Part shown: piece by piece, positions 10,121 to 17,848 of the stretch | Numbering within the stretch: position 1 is the stretch's first letter | Layout of the letters: each line of letters opens with the position of its first letter | NCBI GenBank assembly: GCA_018818965.1 | Contig: JAHJQX010000024.1 | Span: 6,105-70,104 of the forward strand | Direction: 5' to 3' | DNA: 64,000 bases | Source of the DNA: Patescibacteria group bacterium | Lineage (GTDB): Bacteria; Patescibacteriota; JABMPQ01 | The notes under the pieces: generated by a model | Database searches by the model: none | What the model saw: the letters and a program-made list of their open reading frames with translations, nothing else | Told to the model about the DNA's origin: nothing | Translations under genes and position numbers: made by a program

Positions 10121-10149
10121 TTGATTTTTGTCTCAAATTGTGTTAAAAT
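10121..10149 (+). promoter_or_regulatory. sigma70-type promoter divergent from rpmH
   Basis: TTGATT-17 nt-TAAAAT with extended TG. Confidence 0.55.
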
Positions 10150-10179
10150 GGTAACAACTGGAGAAAATAATAAAAAACG

Positions 10180-10419
10180 ATGTCATATACATACACTGGG
10201 ATTAGAAGCAAGTTCAACACTGATGAGTTTGATTTTACTTCCGAAGGATCGCAAACAAGAGCTCTGGAAGAAATTAAAGAAGTAGCCAAGGGCGGTAAAA
10301 GGGGAGTAAGGCGCACAGAATTAATAAAAATTTTACAGAGAAATATGGGTCGAGACGCAGGCAGAAAGGCTTATAATAAAATTACTGGCGGTAAATCAGG
10401 AGGTTGGTTTGGATTTTAA
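10180..10419 (+). CDS. Small basic hypothetical protein
   Basis: ORF downstream of a promoter; Gly/Lys/Arg-rich. Confidence 0.6.
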   Translation: MSYTYTGIRSKFNTDEFDFTSEGSQTRALEEIKEVAKGGKRGVRRTELIKILQRNMGRDAGRKAYNKITGGKSGGWFGF

Positions 10420-10445
10420 ATAAGTTATTTAATAACTGTAAACCA

Positions 10446-10943
10446 ATGGCACCAAGAATAACTCAAGGGGACTTATATAAAGGAGTAAAACAAGGACTCA
10501 GCGGCCACGGTGGCGCCGCTAGGAGCGGTGCTTTAAATAAATTAGGTATAAAGAAACAGGGGCAAGGTCTACGTAAAGACAAGCACGTGGGTATTATGAA
10601 AACCAAAGTTGGAGCTAATAAATATATGCGGCGAGCTGGATTGAACCGTCTTGAACGCCGAGCGATTATGAAAACTATGTTTGGCTCGGGAAAGGCCGCT
10701 AACATTAAGACTACTGGAACTGATAAATTTGCTAATAATACTCCTGGTAATGCTCCCGCCAGTGGGAAAAAGGTCGGTCTCTTCAGCCGCGGTGACAGTG
10801 CCAGTCGGGCTCGGGCTCAAATCAGCAGACAATTTGGCACTCGTCCCGGCGGGCCTGGTTTTACCAGCGATCGTTCTTCTTCAACTGGCTCTTCTGCTGG
10901 TGGCTCTTCGGGCAGAACCCGTCCAGCTGGTCCCCTATTCTAA
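10446..10943 (+). CDS. Highly basic Gly/Ser/Lys/Arg-rich hypothetical protein
   Basis: ATG 10446; low-complexity C-terminus; terminator immediately after. Confidence 0.65.
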   Translation: MAPRITQGDLYKGVKQGLSGHGGAARSGALNKLGIKKQGQGLRKDKHVGIMKTKVGANKYMRRAGLNRLERRAIMKTMFGSGKAANIKTTGTDKFANNTPGNAPASGKKVGLFSRGDSASRARAQISRQFGTRPGGPGFTSDRSSSTGSSAGGSSGRTRPAGPLF

Positions 10944-10955
10944 ACTAACATAAAT

Positions 10956-10987
10956 TAAAAAGCGAAGGGATTCCCCTCGCTTTTTTT
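10956..10987 (+). terminator. Intrinsic terminator
   Basis: aaaaagcgaaggg/ccctcgcttttt hairpin with T8. Confidence 0.7.
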
Positions 10988-11021
10988 ATTATTCAAAAAG
11001 TAGCTGAGATCTGTTATATTA

Positions 11022-11045
11022 AGCCTGCCTACCGGTAGGCAGGCT
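11022..11045. repeat. Perfect 24-bp palindrome (LPAGRQ-type REP-like element)
   Basis: agcctgcctacc|ggtaggcaggct; related copy inside polA at 63555-63575. Confidence 0.75.
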
Positions 11046-11062
11046 CTGCCGAGTAATATAAT

Positions 11063-11149
11063 GGAGAGGTGGCTGAGCGGTTGAAGGCGTCGCTCTCGAA
11101 AAGCGATAGGTTCGCAAGGGCCTCGAGGGTTCAAATCCCTCCCTCTCCG
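11063..11149 (+). tRNA. tRNA-Ser (anticodon CGA), CCA not encoded
   Basis: GGAGAGG/CCTCTCC acceptor stem, anticodon loop CTCGAAA, long variable arm, GGTTCAAATCC T-loop, discriminator G. Confidence 0.95.
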
Positions 11150-11177
11150 GTTTTATAGACGTGGATGAATAAAATAA

Positions 11178-11396
11178 TTATAAATATACTTCTTTGCGAT
11201 GCTTTATTCGCAAAATTATTAGAATGGTAATATTCCCTTGATCATCAATATCAAATACCACCCGATAATTTCCAATCCTAAACCGATAAGTTCCTAGTCT
11301 ACTGTCTTTCAGTTTTTTGGCATGCTGCAATGGGTTGCTTTGAACAATATAGAACCGTAATTTTTCCGCTATTCTCTTTTGGATATTTTTCTCCAA
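11178..11396 (-). pseudogene. RelE/ParE-family toxin, apparently N-terminally truncated
   Basis: 'IQKRI...NP..HAKKL.....GTYRFRIGNYRVVF...IKHRKEVY'; first strand/helix missing, TTG abuts a terminator, no antitoxin ORF. Confidence 0.65.
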
Positions 11397-11397
11397 T

Positions 11398-11430
11398 GAA
11401 AAACCACCAGCTTAACGCTGGTGGTTTTTC
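11398..11430. terminator. Bidirectional intrinsic terminator
   Basis: gaaaaaccaccagc-ttaac-gctggtggtttttc perfect inverted repeat. Confidence 0.75.
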
Positions 11431-11437
11431 CTGTAAT

Positions 11438-11786
11438 AAAAAAAGGGCGCTGATGGCGCCCTTATAAAAATATTTATGGCGCTCAGCGCCCTCAACGTCT
11501 CACGCTATACACTGCTACCCCCCGAAGGGAGTGGCAGAGATCGTTAGTGCGAAACGTGGGCGTCTGAACAAAAATTTAATTTTGTCAAACGTTGAATGAT
11601 TCTCTTACCATTCGTGTGGTAGTACGAACTTATTTGGCTCGTCTTACCGATTTTTGTTTTTGTTTATTTCTCGCCGAGGCGAGATCTATAAAGAACAAGT
11701 TATAAACAGTAAGAGATCTCTATAGAAGTAGCTTACCTCTGTAGAAAACTCTTACCCTTTTTCGTAAATCCCTTAACGTTCAACTT
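11438..11786 (-). ncRNA. Unassigned ~350-nt structured ncRNA candidate
   Basis: Promoter upstream, terminator (stem 11443-11463 + U7) downstream, no ORF >=60 aa, several helices, cUUCGg tetraloop at 11522-11527 (minus sense). Confidence 0.65.
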
Positions 11787-11792
11787 GAACAC

Positions 11793-11821
11793 ATCATAGC
11801 ACGTTTTTTAAACACAATCAA
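11793..11821 (-). promoter_or_regulatory. sigma70 promoter of the ncRNA candidate
   Basis: Minus strand TTGATT-17 nt-TATGAT with TGn extended -10. Confidence 0.7.
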
Positions 11822-11828
11822 GGCAATT

Positions 11829-11970
11829 TTTTCAACATCTGTGGACAAAACCGCTATTTTTTTATTGGTTTACACTAAGCCCTAAAGTAGGCATTACTTG
11901 AAAAATAAATCGCTTAACAACAACTTATCAACAGTTTTCAACAATTTTCTGAACAATACTTTTATCCAAA
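11829..11970. promoter_or_regulatory. Cluster of DnaA-box-like 9-mers (possible oriC or DnaA-binding locus)
   Basis: TTTTCAACA 11829, TGTGGACAA 11840, TTAACAACA 11914, TTATCAACA 11925, TTTTCAACA 11935, TTATCCAAA 11962 versus consensus TTATCCACA. Confidence 0.45.
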
Positions 11971-12110
11971 ATTAGGAGGTAATAAGGACTTTTTGGACTG
12001 AGTACCACATCTGGTTATTTGCGCTTAAAAAAGCCTCAATCTTAAAATAACCTGACATTATAGAAATAAATCTTGGATTACTGGACAACTATCTTGAACA
12101 AAAGGCTTGA

Positions 12111-14825
12111 TTACTTGTCCTGAAGCCATTCCCAGGCGTGAGTGACAACTTGAGCTTTAGGGCAGTATTCTACCTGAGAAGTAGGCAAATTTTTAATAAA
12201 TTCTGCCCCGTATCGGGCTGTTTCCACCCGGTTATCCAAAACGATAAACACCCCCCGATCATCAACGCTTTTTATCAATTGTTGAAAAACTTGGCGCCAT
12301 TTCAATAACGCTTCTGGCAAAGCTGATTGCTGGAAAGCATTTTGACCACCTTGGCTACGCGCCGTAGTGAGAGGATCAGAGAAAAATCCAAAGGGCAGTT
12401 TATGGATAATCAGACAGGCTAATTTTTCTGAGGGAATCTCATTTTTTAATAAAAATTCGTGGGTGACTATTAGAACAGCCTGGTCTTGGTGAAAATATTC
12501 TTGCTTAACTTTATCTTCTCCTCCCGAAATGCCTAATCCCAACACCTTGATGCTCTTTTCCTTCAAAGGCAAAGCTAAATCGGTAAATATTTTTCTGACG
12601 GCCGCTCTACTACCACAAGATATAATTGTTTTCCCTTTCAATTTTGTAGCCATACCCATAACAATTCGTTGTAGATCTTGATGAAAACCGGGCTGGTTAT
12701 GACCAACAATATCAGTGGGCACAATGACCTTGGCCTGCTGGTCATACTGGTAAGGAGCAGCAATGTCATGCTGATTATATTCCTCACCTAGCCCTAAACG
12801 CTCGCGAAAATAATCGGTGTTCGTCTGGTTATTAAAGACCGAAGAAACAAAACTAACTGAGCCCGATTTCGCTAACAAATTGCTCTGCAGAAAATCGCCC
12901 ACCTGCTGGGGTGACAGTGAGAGTTGCAAATAGTTATTGTTCAAGCTCAGCCAAGCCACCTCGTTCGCCTCCGGTTGCAATATTATTTTCTCTAGTTCCT
13001 TGGTCGTATCGTAAAGATCCTGATAAGCACCAGATAGATCACAGTGGATTTCTTGAGCTGATTTTTGCTTCAGGGAGACTAATAATTTATCAAGTTGAGC
13101 CAAAAAAGCATACATGTCTACAATATAATTCTGGCCTGCTTGCTTTACCCGATCCCATTCCGGATACTGCCGCACATCAATATCGAGAGTCAAAGTGAAA
13201 TAGTCACCCCCCACGGCTAAATCCTGTTTCTGCTGGCTAGCAAAGATGCCCAAGACACCGAAAAACAAAGTTGTCTTGTCTTTAATTTTGGTTGCTTGTC
13301 TTATCAGCGCCGCCACTTGGCTCTTAGTAACTTTCTTGAGAAGTGCTTTTCTAGGAATTAGCTGCAAGAACCCCGGATCGTGATCCAACCAAGAAAGCTT
13401 CCTGGTGATACTATTTTCACTCAGCTGGAAACTCAAATAATGGGTAAACTGCTTTTCTAACTCTTGGGCTTCGTCGAAAATTACGTTTTTTATACGCAAA
13501 GATTTTCCTTCGGCAGCTAAAGCAGTGTGATTAAATATTACTACGTCCGATTTCTGCGCTTTTTGAAAAGCATTATAGTAAAAACAATCTTGGTAGTAAG
13601 AACAATTCTTCTGCAAACAGTATTTGACGTCACAATTAACCTGCTCTTCCACCCGATAATCTTCATAGCTCCAAGCCATTTCGGTAAAAAGGCCGAATTG
13701 GGCAATGTCTAGCCAAAGTAGCAGCTTGGCTAAAGCCTCCATCTGGGCAGTCGATAGTTCTGGCTTGTTTTTGAATTGCTCGAAACGCCGTCGACACAAA
13801 TATTTCCGCCGGTCTTCTAGCAAAGCCGGGGTGAAATTGAAGGGGGTAATGTTTTGAACTATTTCCGCTTCCTCGGTAGATAATTGTTTCTGCAAAGAAA
13901 AAGGACTGACAGAAATCGCTACCGATTGGCTGGTCTTTTTCGCCTGAGCCTGATAGGCAGCAGCAACTAGATAGGCTAAATATCGACCAACCCCTGGCCC
14001 AGCGTTAATAATTGACTGTTTGCTACCCGTGAAATCTTTTACTAGCTGCTGCAACAACGCTACTTGGCTTGGTCGGAACTCATAGTTGGTGATGATTTTT
14101 TTTAGCTGCTCTTTCTTTTTAAATAGGGCTTCGATCTCTGTCAGACCTACTCTGCGCTGATCGGTCTTTTTCGGAGTGGTTTTGGGCTTAGCTATTACCT
14201 TACTCTTTTTCTCTTTCTCGCCCCGACGTGCCGATAAAACCTGTTTGAAAACAGCTGCTAACCCCCAATCATGTTTGACCGCATACCTATTAATTTCCTG
14301 CAGAACGCCATAATTTACTTCGTAGATTCTCTTAACTAGTCGCAAAAAAAGATCCTTACTAGCCAAGACATCATCTAAAGCTCGATGACTTTCGATGTGC
14401 TTGATCTTGAGATAATTTGTCAGGACTTCCAAGCTATGAGAAGACAGCTCTGGCACCAACATAGTAGCCAGCTTCCAAGTATCATAGCGAGGGTTAGTCA
14501 ATTCTACTCCTTTACCCGCCAGAAAATTAATATCAAAATTAATATTATGGCCAACGATCGGGTGCTTACCGATAAATTTAACTAAATCATCTTTGACGTC
14601 GGCAAAGGGAGGTGCTTCAACTACCTGTTTGTCCACAATACCCGTAATCGCTGAGACAATGGCCGGAATTTTACCACTCGGCTTAGTCAAAAATTGAAAC
14701 TCCGCCAATACCTTATCACCTTTGAACTTAGCAGCCGCTACTTCAATAATGTCACCGCGGTTAGGCGTGAGATCGGTGGTTTCCAGATCGAGGGCAACGC
14801 AAGTTTTGGGAAAAGTTAGTTTCAT
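12111..14825 (-). CDS. dinG: DEDDh 3'-5' exonuclease fused to a DinG-like helicase (degenerate helicase motifs)
   Basis: DLETT, GHNINFD, HRALDD; Q motif 'YEFRPSQ', Cys cluster, 'FDEAQ', 'KLPF'. Confidence 0.85.
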   Translation of the reverse strand: MKLTFPKTCVALDLETTDLTPNRGDIIEVAAAKFKGDKVLAEFQFLTKPSGKIPAIVSAITGIVDKQVVEAPPFADVKDDLVKFIGKHPIVGHNINFDINFLAGKGVELTNPRYDTWKLATMLVPELSSHSLEVLTNYLKIKHIESHRALDDVLASKDLFLRLVKRIYEVNYGVLQEINRYAVKHDWGLAAVFKQVLSARRGEKEKKSKVIAKPKTTPKKTDQRRVGLTEIEALFKKKEQLKKIITNYEFRPSQVALLQQLVKDFTGSKQSIINAGPGVGRYLAYLVAAAYQAQAKKTSQSVAISVSPFSLQKQLSTEEAEIVQNITPFNFTPALLEDRRKYLCRRRFEQFKNKPELSTAQMEALAKLLLWLDIAQFGLFTEMAWSYEDYRVEEQVNCDVKYCLQKNCSYYQDCFYYNAFQKAQKSDVVIFNHTALAAEGKSLRIKNVIFDEAQELEKQFTHYLSFQLSENSITRKLSWLDHDPGFLQLIPRKALLKKVTKSQVAALIRQATKIKDKTTLFFGVLGIFASQQKQDLAVGGDYFTLTLDIDVRQYPEWDRVKQAGQNYIVDMYAFLAQLDKLLVSLKQKSAQEIHCDLSGAYQDLYDTTKELEKIILQPEANEVAWLSLNNNYLQLSLSPQQVGDFLQSNLLAKSGSVSFVSSVFNNQTNTDYFRERLGLGEEYNQHDIAAPYQYDQQAKVIVPTDIVGHNQPGFHQDLQRIVMGMATKLKGKTIISCGSRAAVRKIFTDLALPLKEKSIKVLGLGISGGEDKVKQEYFHQDQAVLIVTHEFLLKNEIPSEKLACLIIHKLPFGFFSDPLTTARSQGGQNAFQQSALPEALLKWRQVFQQLIKSVDDRGVFIVLDNRVETARYGAEFIKNLPTSQVEYCPKAQVVTHAWEWLQDK

Positions 14826-14904
14826 GGGTGTCATGGTAGCAGGGTTTGGAGAGGGAGACAAATAAAAAAAGCTTCTTGTTATCATCAAGTAAGCTTAAGA
14901 ACTA

Positions 14905-15240
14905 CTACTGGCCGCAGCCCTTCTTCTGGTGGCAGCGAAGGGGGCAAAGGTTGTAGGTATCACTGCCCACCCGCAAGAAAACCACCTGTACCTTGCGATT
15001 CTTGGCACATGGGTAGATGTAAAAGTTGCCATCAACTAATACATCTTCTAAATGACTAGCAACAACTCTCTGGATCCACCGAAAACCCACTTTGGGAGTT
15101 CCAACCTCCGAGAACCATAGCTTTACCCGACCCAAAACCTCACAGCATCTACCCCCCATCTCATTTCTGATTGCCACCAGGCTATCACGTCCTGAGCCTT
15201 CAACAAACCTTTTCACTTCTGCTGTAGTAGACGCTGGCAC
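14905..15240 (-). CDS. Orphan hypothetical protein with Cys residues
   Basis: GTG start with strong SD aggagg; fills the intergenic gap. Confidence 0.5.
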   Translation of the reverse strand: MPASTTAEVKRFVEGSGRDSLVAIRNEMGGRCCEVLGRVKLWFSEVGTPKVGFRWIQRVVASHLEDVLVDGNFYIYPCAKNRKVQVVFLRVGSDTYNLCPLRCHQKKGCGQ

Positions 15241-15326
15241 CCTTGCCTCCTGTTAAAAGTTCTGGCCAACCGCTAAAATCATTCAAATATAACAAAGTTG
15301 TCAGATCTTACAACCCCAAATTGCTT

Positions 15327-15355
15327 TTGACACTTCCCGCTTTTTCCGCTAGGAT
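15327..15355 (+). promoter_or_regulatory. sigma70 promoter of infB operon
   Basis: TTGACA-17 nt-TAGGAT. Confidence 0.65.
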
Positions 15356-15413
15356 AGTAGGTAAATAAGATGATTAATGCCTAATTAATTAGCTATCAGA
15401 CATTCTCTAAACT

Positions 15414-17387
15414 ATGCCAACCAAGAAAGCAAAACCGAAGAAAAAGATAACTACAGCTAAGAAAACGACGACCAAAAAGTCAGCCCCAAAGAAAAAGGCT
15501 GAAGTTGTAGTTGAAAAGGAAGAAAAAATCACTGCTAGCCAAGAAGTTCCGACCGAAAAACCGGAAGTTGAGACCACTGCCGAGGACAAAGAAAAACCGG
15601 AAGTTGAAACGATTGCTGAACCCAAAGTCAAAGTAGCCATTCCGCCCACTATCACCGTGCGAGACTTTGCTGACCGTCTGAAAATGACCGTCCCCGAAGT
15701 AATCACCGCTCTAATGAATAATGGTATTATGGCTTCTATCAACGAAGAGGTAGATTATGATACCGCTGCTCTTTTGGCAGAAGAATTAGGTTTTAAAGCC
15801 GAAAAAGAGATCAACGAAGAGGATATCACTAAGGAAAAAGGGGTGCGTAAACAGCTCCAGGAAGAATTTGCCGAAGCAGATGAGTCTGACCTCAAAAACC
15901 GCCCTCCAGTAGTAGCTGTGATGGGTCACGTCGACCATGGTAAAACTAAGTTGCTCGACGCTATTCGCGAAACCAATATCATCGATACGGAAGCTGGCGG
16001 TATTACCCAGAAGATCGGTGCTTATCAAGTTAAAGAAAAAGGGAGGCAAATCACCTTCATTGATACTCCTGGTCACGAAGCCTTTGCCGCTATGCGCGAA
16101 CGAGGAGCGAAGGTGACTGACATCGCTATTTTGGTAGTGGCAGCTGACGACGGGGTCAAACCGCAAACCAAAGAAGCAATCAAACACATCAAAAAAGCGG
16201 GTGTGCCGATGATCGTGGCCATCAACAAAATCGATAAGCCCGAAGCTGATCCGGAAAGAGTGAAAAAAGAACTGGCGGATAACCAAGTAATGCCGGAGGA
16301 ATGGGGTGGCGACACTGTTTGTGTAGCTGTCTCCGCCAAGCAAAAAACTAATATCAACGAACTCCTAGATATGATCTTGCTGGTAGCGGAAATGGAAAAC
16401 TTAAAAGCAAACCCAAAAGCATCAGCCATTGGGACGGTAATCGAGTCCGACAAAAATCCTAAGCGTGGCGTCGAAGCTACTATCTTAGTACAAAACGGTA
16501 CCCTTAAGCAAAGCGACGTAATCACTGTTGGCTCTGTCTACGGCAAAATTAAAGCCATGGAAAATTGCTTAGGTAAACGAATTAATCACGCTAAACCGGC
16601 TACGCCAGTACGGATATTAGGACTAGAATCTGTACCGGAAGTCGGCGACATCCTATTCGCGGAAGAAAGTATTGATAAAGCACGACAAAAAGTTGCCAGA
16701 TTGAAGAAATTTAGCCACCCTGTTGCCCTCAAGGCGGAAAGTAAAGATAAAAAGGGCAAAATTAAAAAATTAAACATCATTCTCAAAGCTGATACTCAAG
16801 GATCGCTAGAAGCAGTAATGGAATCACTAGTAAAAATAAAGTCGGACGAAGTACAGCCCGCTGTCATTAGTTACGGAGTAGGTAAAATTACCGAATCCGA
16901 TATCATGATGGCTACCTCTTCTCTGGCACTAGTCGTTAGCTTCAACACCAGCGTAACCTCAGTCGCCCAACGCATGGCGGAAGATGGAAATATTGAAATT
17001 AAATCGTATGACGTCATCTATAACTTGATCGACGAGATCAAAAAACGCTTAGAAGATATGTTGGAACCAGAAGTTATCCGCACTGATCTAGGTAAATTAG
17101 AAATCCTGGCTGTTTTTCGCACCGAACCGGGCAAAATGATCGTTGGTGGCAAAGTTTTGTCTAAGCACCTGGAAAATAATACGCTGGTACAAGTACTGCG
17201 TGGTAAAAAAGACGAACAGGAAGAGATGGGAACTGGTAAAATTACTAGTTTGCAAACCAATAAAGTAGAAGTAAAAAAAGTCAAGCAAGGTGAAGAGGCG
17301 GGAATTATGTTCGAAGGTGATGTGCGTATTAAAGTGGGAGATATTCTGGAAACTTGGAGGGAAGAAGTCAAAAAGAAAATATTGTAG
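15414..17387 (+). CDS. infB: Translation initiation factor IF-2
   Basis: GHVDHGKT, GGITQ, DTPGHEAF, NKID, KADTQGSLEA. Confidence 0.98.
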   Translation: MPTKKAKPKKKITTAKKTTTKKSAPKKKAEVVVEKEEKITASQEVPTEKPEVETTAEDKEKPEVETIAEPKVKVAIPPTITVRDFADRLKMTVPEVITALMNNGIMASINEEVDYDTAALLAEELGFKAEKEINEEDITKEKGVRKQLQEEFAEADESDLKNRPPVVAVMGHVDHGKTKLLDAIRETNIIDTEAGGITQKIGAYQVKEKGRQITFIDTPGHEAFAAMRERGAKVTDIAILVVAADDGVKPQTKEAIKHIKKAGVPMIVAINKIDKPEADPERVKKELADNQVMPEEWGGDTVCVAVSAKQKTNINELLDMILLVAEMENLKANPKASAIGTVIESDKNPKRGVEATILVQNGTLKQSDVITVGSVYGKIKAMENCLGKRINHAKPATPVRILGLESVPEVGDILFAEESIDKARQKVARLKKFSHPVALKAESKDKKGKIKKLNIILKADTQGSLEAVMESLVKIKSDEVQPAVISYGVGKITESDIMMATSSLALVVSFNTSVTSVAQRMAEDGNIEIKSYDVIYNLIDEIKKRLEDMLEPEVIRTDLGKLEILAVFRTEPGKMIVGGKVLSKHLENNTLVQVLRGKKDEQEEMGTGKITSLQTNKVEVKKVKQGEEAGIMFEGDVRIKVGDILETWREEVKKKIL

Positions 17388-17464
17388 TAAGTTTATCAGC
17401 CCGAATATACCTCGGATTAGCGTGATGAATATTCGCGTGGCTCGAGGTATATTTATATAATGAT

Positions 17465-17848
17465 ATGTCTGTCCGTCTACGCAAGGTCAATCGCCTTGTC
17501 CAACAAGAATTAGGTAAAATAATCAACGAGGAGATGGAACTTCCAGCCGGAGTACTCGTTACTATTGCCAGTGTCCAAACTTCCGTTGACCTCAAACACG
17601 CCACGATTAACATTACCGTTACCCCCAAAGTCAAAACCCCCTCTACTCTCCGCCAGCTAAAACAAAATATCCACCACCTACAAAAATCCCTTAACAAAAG
17701 ATTGGTTCTGCGCTATGTTCCTAAGATTTGCTTTGCACTGGATATAGTACAAGATAAGCTAGATCGAGTAGAAGAACTCCTGCGCCAAGCACGCACAGAT
17801 AATACCAATACATGTTCAGTAAAGTTGAAATCCAAAGAAACCGATTAA
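17465..17848 (+). CDS. rbfA: Ribosome-binding factor A
   Basis: 'RLRKVNRLVQQELGKII', 'SVDLKHA', 'LRYVPKICF'; follows infB. Confidence 0.9.
   Translation: MSVRLRKVNRLVQQELGKIINEEMELPAGVLVTIASVQTSVDLKHATINITVTPKVKTPSTLRQLKQNIHHLQKSLNKRLVLRYVPKICFALDIVQDKLDRVEELLRQARTDNTNTCSVKLKSKETD

Noticed and set aside
11438-11786. ncRNA candidate as tmRNA, RNase P RNA, SRP RNA or T-box
   Set aside because: No tRNA-like ends or tag ORF, no GAGGAAAGUCC, no CAGG/GGAA/AGCA helix-8 signature, no GGUGGNACCGCG
15555-15620. 36-nt-period tandem repeat in infB (EKPEVETTAE/EKPEVETIAE)
   Set aside because: Two-copy duplication in the variable IF-2 N-terminus; ordinary and not CRISPR
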